Shown here piece by piece: positions 1 through 11,357 of a stretch of 64,000 bases of DNA. The stretch's first letter is position 1, and every line of letters begins with the position of its first letter. The translations under genes and the position numbers were made by a program. The notes under the pieces were generated by a model. It worked only from the letters and a program-made list of their open reading frames with translations, did not search any database and was not told where the DNA came from. The stretch spans positions 11,658,001 to 11,722,000 of the forward strand of contig NC_058383.1 of assembly GCF_018350175.1 (NCBI RefSeq), given 5' to 3'. This DNA comes from Felis catus. Its lineage: Eukaryota.

Positions 1-132
1 TTAGTCCAGATTCAAGGGATGGGGAAGCCTAATCTATCTCTTGATGAGGGGTAGCCACAAAGTCACATTGTAGAAGCACGCAGATATGGGGAGGGAAACC
101 GTGGAGAAGAATTTTGCAAATATTCTGCCATA
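1..132 (-). mobile_element. MaLR LTR fragment (MLT1H/J/K-like terminus)
   Basis: ccagattcaagggatgggga...ctcttgatgagggg...aagtcacattgtagaag...ttttgcaaatattctgccata resembles the reverse-complemented start of old MLT1 LTRs. Confidence 0.65.
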
Positions 133-137
133 GCCTC

Positions 138-202
138 TGTGATTGTTAGTCTTATGTGTCCCCTGGGCTGGGTGACGGTGCCCAATTATGTAATCAGACA
201 CT
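138..202 (+). mobile_element. MLT2 (ERVL) LTR 5' fragment
   Basis: tgtgattgttagtcttatgtgtc...gggctgggtgacggtgcccaatt matches the MLT2 start TGTGATGGTTAATTTTATGTGTCAAC; same start seen at 7298. Confidence 0.6.
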
Positions 203-204
203 CA

Positions 205-545
205 TCTCCTGTCTCTACTTTTACTCCCCTTCCGCGTATTCTCGCCCCACAAGTCAGATGGGTCCTGGTAAAGCGCTAAGTCAGATCGCGCAATTCCGCT
301 GCTCACCATGCAGTCGAAATTCCCATTTTGCTCGGGGTGAACACCAACACGCAATCGCTTTCGAGGCCCAATGTGATCCGGTCTTGATTTCTCTCTGATC
401 TCATTTCTCGTTCTTCGTCTCACGCGCTCCAGCCACTCTGGCCTCCTCCTCTTCCTCAAGTGCAGCAGACATGCCGATGTCTTGTGGCCTTGCTCCTTAT
501 CCCCTTCTGGAATATTCTGCCCTGAGATGTCCCCGTCGCTCACTC
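205..545 (+). mobile_element. L2 LINE 3' region fragment
   Basis: aagtcagatc...gctccagccactctggcctcc...ttcctcaag...ttctggaatattct are typical L2 3' motifs. Confidence 0.6.
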
Positions 546-619
546 CCCATGGCCACCAGGGCATACCATCTACGTCATAGCACAGACGCATGACATGTTG
601 GAGGTCCGTTGGCCAGCCC

Positions 620-680
620 CATAACTTTCAAGTTGGGAAAACTGAGGAACACAGAGAGGCTGCATGACCTCCTTAGGATT
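620..680 (-). mobile_element. MIR core fragment
   Basis: gggaaaactgaggaacacagagaggctgcatgacct. Confidence 0.5.
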
Positions 681-2033
681 TGACGTAAGCGAGGAGACGG
701 GCAAAAGAACCTTGTTTCGCGTGTCTCCATTCTAAGAGATGTTTCTCAGAATAACCGTGTTGAGAGAAAGAGATTTGGCAACTGATCAGCCGGAGAACGT
801 TTTCATCCACGTTTCTAGGCATAACAGGGGGTTATTAAAACTGGGATGCGTACAATGATGGATGGGTATTTAATCTTGCACTGTGTGGGAAGCAGACCTG
901 GAAACTTCCGTGTCTCCTCCCTCCCTTTGCCTCCTCCGCAAACACTGGAGCTCAACGGAAGCGATCCCCACGTGAAGTGGCTGGGAAGAGAAGCCTATCC
1001 CAGCTCTGTACTTTTAACTGTGTCATATTCAATATTCCCTGGCAGGTGCAGAAGACGAGTCATTTCCCCTACTCCTCTCAAAATGTCCCTTTCATGTTTC
1101 ATAAACAACAGCTTTGCTACGCCATTGTCTCTGTTAGTTATTTTCATAATTCATAATTATCTCGGTTCTTAAAATGTAGACGTACATTTAAAAGCATGAT
1201 CCAATCGTGCTTGATTGCTGCCACATTGTGTTCAAGGTAATTACCATTCATTTGGCTTTTGAGGCTGTTGAATAAATTTTCCACATGAGATTCCTTAATT
1301 TGTACATATTTTATTGCTATAAAATAGGTATTGGCAAGCTGCCTAAACTGTAGTGAAGGCCTTTAATTCCTATCACTATGTGATAAAACAAATTGAGTGC
1401 GAACTGAGAGACTTAAGATAGAACACTTGAAATGGATTCCATGGTTTTTTTTTTTTTGCCTTCCCCCTCCTCCCGCCCCCCCAAACCAAGCTCCCCCAGG
1501 TGTGAGACACAGGTAAGATTAAGGTAGCTTAGTTCAGGCTGAGAGCTCAGAACTATTTTAGCATTTGTATAAAAATGATAATGTCCCTCCATGATGGCAA
1601 ACCTCTCTCTTCCCAAGATCTATTATTCCTTGGGGAAAGGCTGTTTGGAGAGAGAAGGTTATTAGCATTTTTCATGCATAGGAAGAGAAATGGAGTATTC
1701 TCAGAACAGAGCCAGGAAAGTCTTGGTCGAGGGAGAGACCGGGGCTGGGTGTGGGGAGACCAGGGGCCAGGAGCTGTTGTGGCCTTTGGGAGTCCTTCGG
1801 AAGGTCTGCTCACTTGTAAAATTAAGGTGTTGGAAGCCGTGATTCCTAAATTTAATTCACAGTTTGTTTTCCTGAAGCTATTGGTATCGTGGATTTAGCC
1901 GGGAGATCTTTCTACTGAGGCTTTCTCTAGAGTTTTAAAACTCACATCTACCCTTTTTCTTTTGCCCACCTTCTAAAATTAGTGAGATGAGAAGAGATGA
2001 AGTTGTGGAAAGGATTCAAGTGTTGGGGCAGGT

Positions 2034-2210
2034 GAACTTCAAGATGTCTCCTCATCCAGACATTCTGTGACCCCATCTGGTCAATGGAAGCTCTTCCGGC
2101 TTCTTTGGTCTGATTTCCTCCCACCTGAATCCTTCCCACCAGCTCTGTGTCTCCCTGGAAACTACCAAGTGCATTTCTTGTCCTGGAAATGCCTCCAACT
2201 TTTCTCTGCT
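2034..2210 (+). repeat. Local direct duplication, copy 1
   Basis: Aligns by eye to 3476-3669 at about 90% identity (13 mismatches in the first ~134 nt, one ~17 nt indel). Confidence 0.95.
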
Positions 2211-2894
2211 TTTCCAGAGTTTGCTCTTCTACCCAGATTTAGGGTAGTCGTCATGACTTCTATGGGGCCATTTCCAATGGCCCCTACCCACAGCGACAGG
2301 TGTCTTTACTAACAGCCTTTTCCACCTAGTTCCATAGTCCCTTAGATTATTTTCTGGTGTTTGCTACGTATTTCTCTTCTTGCAATAACTAATGATATAT
2401 TCTTCGAGACAAGAGTCGATCTTGTTTTCTTCCTTCTTTGGTTTCACCCATGTTGAGTACTGTAGCTGTTATTTGATAGATGGTCACTGACGGACAGGTC
2501 CAACATGATTAGTTTATTTACAAACATTTAATTGGCACATTTCTTCATTCACTCTGGAGCCTGTGAATGGACTGAGTCTGGTCTCCTCTACTGAAAGCAC
2601 TCATTTTTTTTTTTTTAATCTTTGACATTTTCTTCCCCCAAATGTTATTGGTGCAGGCACATACTTTAGATTATCTCTAAAGGACACATGGCCCCTCTTA
2701 GTGTTTCTTTTGGGGTTTCACTGTTAGTAGTCAAGAGGAAATAGATTTAAAGGAAGAAATTTCAGATACTCCCCAAATTATGTCCCAAGATTTTCTAGTC
2801 ATGGCTGTCCCTAATATTCATGTAAATATTTGTGTAAATACTCATGTAGATATCATGTAAAAGGACCAGTTTCCTCTCTTCTCGAATGGGTCAG

Positions 2895-3432
2895 ATTCCT
2901 CAGCTGAAGTCAGCAGAATCCATTTTGAGCAGGAAAGAGGGGAGTAAAGGGAATTAAATAGTTCACAGAGACCCAGATAAAATTGGAGCGACACTCTGAG
3001 TCGAGTTTCTAGGGACGGCTCCTGGAAGCCCACCACAGAGCTGGCCTGCTGGGGGAGCTGTTGCCAGCCTGGGTCCCAGATCCCACATCCTTTGCTGCAG
3101 TGGGAAGCCGCCAGTTTAGTAAGCCCATGCTCCCCACTGCCAGCCCCTGGCCCATGACATGGTCAACCCTAGACCCATTGTTGCCATGACCAAGAAGCTA
3201 CAGCGGTTACTGTTGGTCCCCAGAGCACCAATTCTCATATAACAACTTCTCTTGGTTTTAATGTTCAGGTCCTTCTTCGTGTGTCTTGTCTGCATATCCA
3301 CTCAGTAGAGTCTGGATCCCATGAAGAAACCTAGGTGTATGAGAGTCTGAGAAATGTGATCTCTGTTTTCCAGCCTTTAGAGTTTGGAAAGACCTTCTAG
3401 GGGTCAGAGTGGGGATTGAGTGAACCACATCC
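2895..3432 (-). mobile_element. Very old MaLR LTR (MLT1L/M/O-like)
   Basis: gagagtctgagaaatgtgatctctgttttccagcctttagag...attgagtgaaccac resembles old MLT1 ends; highly diverged. Confidence 0.4.
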
Positions 3433-3475
3433 TAGTTATCTTTCCAGACCAAAGATCATGACAGATTTGCCCAAA

Positions 3476-3669
3476 GAACTTCAAGATCTCTCTTCATTCA
3501 GACATTCTTTAGCCCCACCTGGTCAATGGAAGCTTTTCTGGCTTCTTTGGTCTGATTTTCTCCCACCTGAGTCCTTCCCACCAGCTCTGTGTCTCCTTGC
3601 AAACTACCACGGGGGCGTCTATGGTTGTGCTTTTTTTTGTCCTGGAAATGCCTCCAACTTTTCTCTGCT
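3476..3669 (+). repeat. Local direct duplication, copy 2
   Basis: Shares ctggtcaatggaagct...tccttcccaccagctctgtgtctcc...tgtcctggaaatgcctccaacttttctctgct with 2034-2210. Confidence 0.95.
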
Positions 3670-3702
3670 ATTCTCTTTAATGCTCCTAAATGCTATACCT
3701 TA

Positions 3703-3935
3703 GGGGCGCCGGAGTGGCTCAGTCGGTTGAGCATCTGACTTCGGCTCAGGTCATGATCTCACGGCTGGTGAGTCTGAGCCCCGCGTCGGGCTCTGTGCTA
3801 ACAGCTCGGAGCCTGGAGCCTGCTTTGGATTCTTTGTCTCCCTCTCTCTCTCTCTCTCTCTCTCTGCCCCTTCCCCTCTCACACTGTCTCTCTCTCTCTC
3901 TCAAAAATAAAATAAACGTTAAAAAAATTAAAAAA
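3703..3935 (+). mobile_element. Can-SINE (SINEC, felid type)
   Basis: ggggcgcc..gtggctcagtcggtt tRNA-like head, (CT)n tract, aataaa and A-tail. Confidence 0.97.
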
Positions 3936-4689
3936 CATTTACCCTCCGGTAGAGTGAACGAGAAAAGGAAATACCTGTGAAATCACAACCCGTTGGCATG
4001 ACAACAGCCTGTGATTGCCATAGCTGCCATTTAAGTACAAGGATGACAAGGGGCAGTGGCAGAGATAAATCGGGGACGACAGGAGGTTTAAACAAATCCA
4101 GCAAATTAGTTGAAGCCCCTCCCCGCTTCTTGTGACCCACTATGGAGACCAACAGAAATGCATGCACTGGGAATGCTGTTATGAATTCCCTCTAATGTAT
4201 AAAGTCAAACCACCCTGAAATCTCAGTAGTTAGGTAGGCTCAGCAGGAATTTGCTTAGAAAATATCACACAAGGAATAATAATTGAGATGTGCTGCAATC
4301 AGTTGTTTTATAAGTAGCTGAATCCCGTCCAAGCACAGGCATCGGGACCTATATTATACCTGGGGTCCTGGCAGTTGCCGACCCTAGATTTTCCTCCAAA
4401 CCTTAGAAAGAAGACCAAATCTTTATGGACATGCCTACATGGATTTTGACAATGAATGGGAAGAGTTTTAGCCCTGACCCCTACAAACTGCTGATCTTCG
4501 CAAAACAGAATGTTGAGAAAGCATTTCCTATAGCTCTTAAATGGAATTCAATACTAATACATCGTGGGTCGTGAGTACCTCTGGCCTCATCCCAACTGTA
4601 AATAACTCATTTGTAATTATTTACTAGTGTCTGCTATTGTAATTGTAAATAACGGGCTAACAGGGGCATCTTTTGTGTTCACCATTTTT

Positions 4690-4989
4690 AACTTGTTCTG
4701 CAAAAACTCAAACATACACGGGAGGAGAAAGAATACCAGCGAACCTCAAATACCCATCACCTAACTTCGACCATCATTAGTTTATAGCCAATCGTTTTTC
4801 ATCTATACTGACCTTCCCAGATGCCTATCAATGTGTCAGTATATTTAAAAAAATAGGGGCGCCTGGGTGGCTCGGTCGGTTAAGCGTCCGACTTCATCTC
4901 AGGTCATGGTCTCATGGTTGGTGGGTTCGAGTCCCACGTCGGGCTCTGTGCTGACAGCTCAGAGCCTGGAGCCTGTTTCAGATTCTGTG

Positions 4990-5026
<37 letters not shown>

Positions 5027-5610
5027 CCCTCCCCCATTCATGTTCTGTTTCTATCTCAAAAATAAATAAACATAAAAAAGTATTTAAAAAAAATAAAATA
5101 AAAAATAAAAAAAATACATAACCATAATGCCAATGTTGCATCTGATGGAATTAACCATTGTTTTTAAGGTTATCAAATACCATTTTAATGAATACATTCC
5201 CCCAATTTTCCCACAAGTATCTTTTACACAGTTGGCTTGTTGAATGAAATCTACTTAAGGGCCAGACGCTGTGTGGTTGATATGTCTTGAGAGCGGTTTT
5301 TTTTTTTTCATCAATAGATTCCCTGTTTTTCTCTTTATGAAATGGTTCCCTTTGCAATTTACTTTATAGGCAAACCAAGCCATTTGCCCTCTAGGGTTTC
5401 CTACATTCTAGACTTTGCTGATCGCATCTCGACGGGGTTGTATTCTCAATGTCTTGCAAACAGGTATGCTATTTCTGAGGCTTGATGTGATTCAAGTCAG
5501 AGCTTGGGCAGGAATTTGTCAGAGGTGGTGGTGTTACCACTTGCAGGAGGGTTGACGTAGAGGGGAGACTCATGAATACATGGTCAACGCCTGCTTCCCT
5601 GATCACGTTC
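4690..5610 (-). mobile_element. Old L1 (L1MC/L1ME-like) 3' fragment, split by a SINE
   Basis: aaacatacac...tacccatcacctaac; cataaccataatgcca; gtttcctacattctagactttgctgatcgcatc; gaggcttgatgtgattcaagt. Confidence 0.55.
4856..5113 (+). mobile_element. Can-SINE
   Basis: Full head, (CT)n, A-rich tail; A-rich TSD aaaaaaata. Confidence 0.97.
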
Positions 5611-5689
5611 TCGTCTAAATGCCCTGGCGATTTCCGTGTCAGGACGTTCCGTCTTCTCATGATGGGATAGCTGGCATAGCCAGCACAGT

Positions 5690-6036
5690 GTACTTGACTC
5701 TGGTAACGTGGGAATGAAGGACCTCCCCCAGAGAACTCACCACCTGGAGGACAGAGGGAGGCACAGATGCCAATGGGATCTACGAGATGCCATGGGAATA
5801 CAGTACAAGCTTACAAAATCAGTCTCAGGGGGAACATAACGTCTTCCCAGCAGGCTGAATGCCAGGTTTAAAGGGATAACCAGGAGGCTGGAGATGTCAG
5901 TCCAAGGACGTCCTGGAATTCTAGCTAGAGAATTTTGATTTCCTTTTGAAGGGCTGAGTGAGTTTAAGTATGGGAGTGATAGGGTCGGATTTACACTTGA
6001 GCAAAATCACTGTGGCAGTGTTTTGGACGTGGAATT
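5690..6036 (-). mobile_element. L2 fragments
   Basis: tttaagtatgggagtgatagggtcggatttacacttgagcaaaatcactgtggcagtg. Confidence 0.5.
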
Positions 6037-6051
6037 AGAACTAGAGATCTA

Positions 6052-6261
6052 GGGGCGCCTGGGTGGCTCAGCTGGTTAAGAATCCAACTCAGCTCAGGTC
6101 ATGATCTCGCGGTTCATGAGTTCGAGCCCCGCATCGGGCTCTGTGCTGACAGCTCAGAGCCCGGAGCCTGCTTCGGATTCTGTGTTTCCCTCTCTTTCTC
6201 TCTGCCCCTCCCCTGCTCATGCTTTGTCCCTCTCGGAAATAAACATAAAAAAACAAAAAGA
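6052..6261 (+). mobile_element. Can-SINE
   Basis: Full element; imperfect TSD agaactagagatcta / agaactaggtgagatcta. Confidence 0.97.
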
Positions 6262-6794
6262 AGAACTAGGTGAGATCTATATTTTCCTGGCATTTCCACG
6301 GCTCGGGTGGGTTGGGCCCTGAGAATCCTAGAGTTGTGCTTCCCATCCAGACTTTACTACTATCGATGTGAGGGGCTGGGGGTGGCAGAAAATGCTGGGT
6401 CTTTTCTTCACCTGTGCAATGAGGTATCTGGAACAGATCAATGACCCCTCCTGCCCCTTCATTATTTAACACTGAATGAGGCTATAAACCAGAAATCATG
6501 CAGGATCATTGCTTTGATTTTTGGTACCAAATTCCTTCCTAATCTGCTATTCTCACCATTTTTCTCTAAGGTGGAAAAATGCTATAATGTAGCTCCTTGT
6601 CACGTAGATTGAACCACAGCGCCCGGAAAATCATGTCACCCCTGGGGACCATTCTCACACTGTGGTCAACAGAAGCCTCTCTACATCCAAATTAACAACA
6701 GACCAAGTGGACCAGAATCCTAGGAGCAAAGGAAGGGCAAAGAGAAGCTGCAAATGACCAGGGATCTGTACTGTTTAAAAAAAAATATTTAAAA

Positions 6795-7292
6795 GTGTTT
6801 TGGATATAACTTTAGACACACAGGAAGTTGCAAAGATAGTACAGCGTGGTCTCATGTCCCTTTCGCTAGGCTTCCCTGATACCTCTATCTTAATAATTGT
6901 AATAGTTGTTAAGTAATCATTTAACTTTTTTAAGTGTTTATTTATTATTGAGAAAGAGACAGAGTGCTAGCGGAGGAGGAGCAGAGAGAGAGGGAGGCAC
7001 AGAATCCGAAGCAGGCTCCGGACTCTGAGCCATCAGGACAGACCCCAACGCGGGGCTTGAACCCATGAACCATGAGATCATGACCTGAGCTGAAGTTGGT
7101 GCTTAACCGACTGAGCCACCCAGGTGCCCCTTAAGGAATCATTTAATATGTAAATAATTTACATTACTAAATTTACATTAATTACTAAATCAATAATGAT
7201 ACTGGAGTATCAAAACCAAATATTTGCACAATGTATGTAGATAGTCCTGTGTCACCTTTTCACACTTGCAGATTTGTATCACCACCGTTGCA
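6795..7292 (-). mobile_element. Old L1 (L1MA/MB-like) 3' end, split by a SINE
   Basis: tataactttagacacacaggaagttgcaaagatagtacag...; ...tgcagatttgtatcaccacc. Confidence 0.55.
6925..7130 (-). mobile_element. Can-SINE
   Basis: Ends ...gagccacccaggtgcccc; 16 bp TSD ttaagtaatcatttaa / ttaaggaatcatttaa. Confidence 0.97.
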
Positions 7293-7297
7293 ATATA

Positions 7298-7710
7298 CGT
7301 TATAGTTAATTTTATGCGTCAACTTCTTAGGGTCAAACTGCCCAGATACATGGTCAAACGTTCTTCTGGATGTTTCCAAGGGTGCTTTTGCATGAGATTA
7401 AATCAGTGGACTTTGAGTGAAGCAGAGTGGCCTCCCTGATGTGGGTGGGCATCTTCCAATCAAGTGAAGCCTTTACTAGAACAAAGACTGACCTCCCCTG
7501 AGTCGGAGGGGATTCCGCCAGCAGGCGGCCTTTGAACTTGACTGGCAACACCTGCTCTTCCCTGGTTTCCAGCCCTTGTGGCCCACCCTGGAGATTTGGG
7601 ACTTACCCGCTTCCGTAATTGCATGAGCTTACTCCTTAAAATAAATCTCTTTCTACATATGCACACAGCCCATTGGTTCTGTGTGTCTGGGGAGAAGTGT
7701 GGCTAACACA
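7298..7710 (+). mobile_element. MLT2 (ERVL) solo LTR, near full length
   Basis: Starts gttatagttaattttatgcgtcaac; internal gagtgaagcagagtggcctccctgatgtgggtgggc; aataaa; ends cattggttctgtg..ctggggagaa..ctaacaca. Confidence 0.88.
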
Positions 7711-7724
7711 ATGCAGAACCAAGG

Positions 7725-7790
7725 GGTCTGTACCTTCACCAGGTGCCCAGGCAATTGGCAGGCATTCTGGAGTTTGAGGACTACTGTCCC
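7725..7790 (+). mobile_element. MER5-like (hAT-Charlie) terminal fragment
   Basis: caggtgcccaggcaatt...ctggagtttgaggactactg. Confidence 0.45.
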
Positions 7791-8044
7791 CAGGGACACC
7801 GCTCCCAGCTGGTCAAGCCACGGAACTGAGATCCTGATGGTTAAGGCAACATCGCACAGGAGACCCTCCGAACGGTGAAGAGAGAAGCCTCTCCTGGTTG
7901 GCCTGAGTGTCAGGAAACTTCACGTCCTCTGTCCAGCTCCATTGCCTGGCGCCCTTGGCATGTTTTACGCACTTCCATGTGCACGACTGGGCGGGAATCC
8001 GAGGTTCTGCGTCTCTAGCCAGTGCTTCTGGTCCATGGGACACA

Positions 8045-8215
8045 CTTCTGGGAATCGGAGGAGCTGGACCCTGGCTCTATGACCTTGAAGATTCTGTCTC
8101 GCCTAAATTTATTTACAAATTGGGGGTAATAAGACCTGGTTCGCGAGAGCACCGTGACAGGAGGGGACAGTAGGCGGCAGTGAGCCGTAGAGTGCCTGGC
8201 ACAGGTCTGGTATGC
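8045..8215 (+). mobile_element. MIR
   Basis: ctggctctatgaccttg...caaattgggggtaataagacct...agagtgcctggcaca. Confidence 0.55.
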
Positions 8216-9319
8216 AGCTGTCTCCCATTGGATACTCCTTTTCTTCTCCTTCTTGTTCCGACATGGAGATGACCTTCCTATGGGATATTGACAAGAGGTC
8301 AGCTTGAACACACGGAGGAAGAACAGGGCTTTGGGGGCTGTCTTCCCAGTTCTTCCCAGTTCTGAACTTGCACTCTCCCCGGCCGTCTTTCCTGAGCTTA
8401 TTAAGAGAGTAGGTAGACCTGTCCTTTCAGCATTGATTCTGGTCGGGCGACAGTCATTTTTACTTTGGGGTCTGTGTTTTGTCATTTTTCCCTCTGGTCC
8501 GAACTGACCTTTGATGTACAACTGCTTGAAACATGAGTGCTCTTGGGGGATAATTCCCGAAAAAGGGCAACTCCACCTCATCCCCCATTGTCCTGCACAC
8601 GGAGATCCCAGAGCCTGCCTCGGAATAATCCGTCTGGCCATGCACTTCTCTCCTGGGGAGAAAGGTCCCGAAATGCAATTTATTGTAAAACACACAGTGG
8701 TTACAAGCTACCACAGTCAATGATATTCCTTTTATTACCACTCAGATGAGAACAGAAAATGACATTGGAAAGCAGTGAACTCACCAGAAGGGCACAGAAA
8801 GTCATTAAATTCAACATGCATCATATTTCATAATCAGAACCCTGCAGTCAGCGCTGACACCACAGAATGAGTTTGTTGCAGTCATGATAATATAAAACCC
8901 ACTGCATCTGCTTCGTTCGGCTCTTTCTTTTTGGACCCTAGCTGGGGCCAGGCCATTAATCACTGGAGGCAGGGGACAGTGCAGGCCACTGCACTCTGGA
9001 TTGCATAAATTGAAAGTACATCAGTATTAGTGGGGAGCACTGTCTTTAGTTTATCTCCGTTTCGGACAGTGGCTTCTGAAGGGCTGGGGTGTTTTTACAG
9101 TTAAACCACCTAATCAGAGCACCTATCCTTGCTTGGAGGGGATGTGTGGCCCCTCAAGGCTCTTGTGTCCAGCCAGTGGGGTCTGCTCTTAGAGGCTGTG
9201 GGGGGTGGGAGGCAGGTGGCTTTTCCTCGCTGCCGTCCCAAATGGCGTGTAAGACTAGAGGGGCCGCTAAAGGTCACATACACTTGTAAAGATTCCAGAT
9301 TACCTTAAAACTTGATTTT

Positions 9320-9545
9320 GGGGACGCCTGGGTGGCTCCGTGGGTTAAGGGTCCGACTTCAGCTCATGTCATGATCTCATGGTTCGTGGGTTCGAGCCCC
9401 GGGTAGGGCTCTGTGCTGCCAGCTCAGAGCCTGGAGCCTGCTTCGGATTCTGTGTCTCCCCCTCTCTCTGCCCCTCCTCCGCCACTCGCCCTCTGTCTCT
9501 CACTCTCTGTCTCTCAAAAATGAATAAACGTTAAAAAAAAAAAAA
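9320..9545 (+). mobile_element. Can-SINE
   Basis: ggggacgcctgggtggctc head, CT tract, aataaa, poly-A. Confidence 0.97.
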
Positions 9546-9939
9546 GAAGAAGAACATGTGTACAGGATAAAATCCTGGATACCCGATTCAAGCACACAAT
9601 TCTGTTAATGATCTAATCCCTTCCCGACCTCACGTCTTAGGACTCAGACCCAGCCCCTCCCCCACATCCATCACATTGAACCTGTATATGCTTCCCCTCC
9701 CCCCTCTCTTCCCTTTAGACGCCACCTGCCAGTGTCTATTATGGGACACATTCTACCGAATCTGCGACTAACCTGGTTTATCTTTTCCCTGTGTTTATAA
9801 GGTCACGTGCTCTGTAAGTGACAGAGTGAGGCTTCAAATCCAAGTCATCCTAACCTGTAGAATAGACCTCTCACTTATCATTCAAGAAGTGCTTTAAATG
9901 TTCGGGAAGACACCAGAGGTGTAATATACAGGACCAATC

Positions 9940-10320
9940 TATGATGGAAAAGTGCAATAACCCAAATCAGATCATTATTGAAGCAGTAAAAGACTGAACT
10001 GATGTGGCAGAAAATCATATTAGCCATATAAAAGTCATAGGCAAGAGAAAGACCTTCTATAAAAAATTAACAGAAAAAGAATGGAAAGCGATGGGGTAGC
10101 AGATAGAACAGGGAACTCCGATCTGTCGCGGAGATAATTATGAAAAGAGAAGAAGACAAAGCAAATGGGGCAGAATTAATCGTCTTAAGGATGTAAGCAA
10201 AGAACATTCCAAAACTAAAAAGAAAAAAAAAAAAGGAGAGAGATTAAAAACAGTTACTCAACTCTAGGTAAAATGAATAAGCAGACCCCACCACCAAGAT
10301 GTAGCTTGTTAGCTCTCTTC
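9940..10320 (+). mobile_element. Decayed L1/HAL1 ORF1-like fragment
   Basis: Purine-rich; gcagaaaatcatattagc...gcaaatggggcagaattaat...agaacattccaaaactaaaa...agattaaaaa resemble L1 ORF1 remnants; no intact frame. Confidence 0.5.
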
Positions 10321-11059
10321 TTTTAATTAAAAAAAAAGAGATTGAAGTTTATTTCATTGTGGCAGGGGTATGCTTCAGTGGGGGTATAAAGATCAAACTG
10401 TTTCTAATCAACCATGAGCGGTCAGATCACCCATTCTCGTCCTTCAAGGGCAGCTCAGGCAAATCCAATAACTCCTTAGTCAGTTTTGATTATGAAACAT
10501 CCAGTCTATTTGAAAACTTCAACCTCAAACTTGATTTTAGTCTGAAATTTAATTTTAAGTTCTCCCCTTGTGCCTTTAATAGTCCGGAGTGGATAGAGGT
10601 TGGAGGGGAGGTATATCTACTTAGGAATGAGGCTAGATTAAAAAGGGTGAGGTTGAGAAAATAGATACTCGTCTTAATATCTTCTTCTGGAACCTGAGTC
10701 TAAGAGCGTGAACCTAGGCAGCATCCATGGCAGTAAATCCCACTGAGCTGAGGTCTCATAAAGCTGGACTACTTGGGAGTGTCAGAATACTTCAGTGGTG
10801 GAGACGAGGGTCAGTGGTTGCCCAGAGATCCTTATGGGTACAGCCCGGTTTTCCCAACCCAAGTCCTTCCCTTCCTTGAGGACCTCATAAACAGTTTTAA
10901 CCAGATTTTTATATCAAGATAGTAGATTCAACTCCTAAGTTTATCTGCCTTTCCTTCCCCAAATGTGACTATAGTCAAGATATACAATGCTATGACTGTT
11001 AATCGTTCGTGTATTATACGCTAGCGGTATGCCTTCTCTGTCCCTTGAGTGGTGGGGGT

Positions 11060-11357
11060 CTTTCCTAGAGGATTTTTAATGGTTACATAGAAAAATACAT
11101 TTCCGTACATATGGGTCTCTTTATCCCAGTTCACTGCCCCATTTGTCTATTCTTAAAACACTACCCTCTACTCTATGCAGCTTTTCGGCTATGTTGATCG
11201 CTAGAAGGGAAATTCTGGTCTTGACTATTTTCCATCTTTGAGCTTTTCTTTATCATTCACTTCTCCAGATTGACTTTAGAATGTACTTGCTAAGTTTCCC
11301 AAAATTACCTTGTGGGGAAGTTAATTGAAATCATGTAGAATTTACGGTAATCGATGG
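11060..11357 (-). mobile_element. Old L1 ORF2 fragment
   Basis: ggtctctttatcccagttcactg...actttagaatgtacttgctaagttt...aattgaaatcatgtagaatttac. Confidence 0.55.

Noticed and set aside
2067..3703. Two similar ORFs (..GQWKLF.LLWSDFLPPESFPPALCL..) suggesting duplicated exons
   Set aside because: Similarity is explained by the DNA duplication; frames diverge after the indel, and there is no recognisable protein or splice context
3703..3790. tRNA-like A/B-box sequence at SINE heads
   Set aside because: tRNA-derived SINE promoter region followed by a CT tract and A tail; not a tRNA gene
8015..8695. Longest ORF (226 aa, minus strand)
   Set aside because: Non-ATG start, runs into a MIR, no recognisable domain; consistent with chance
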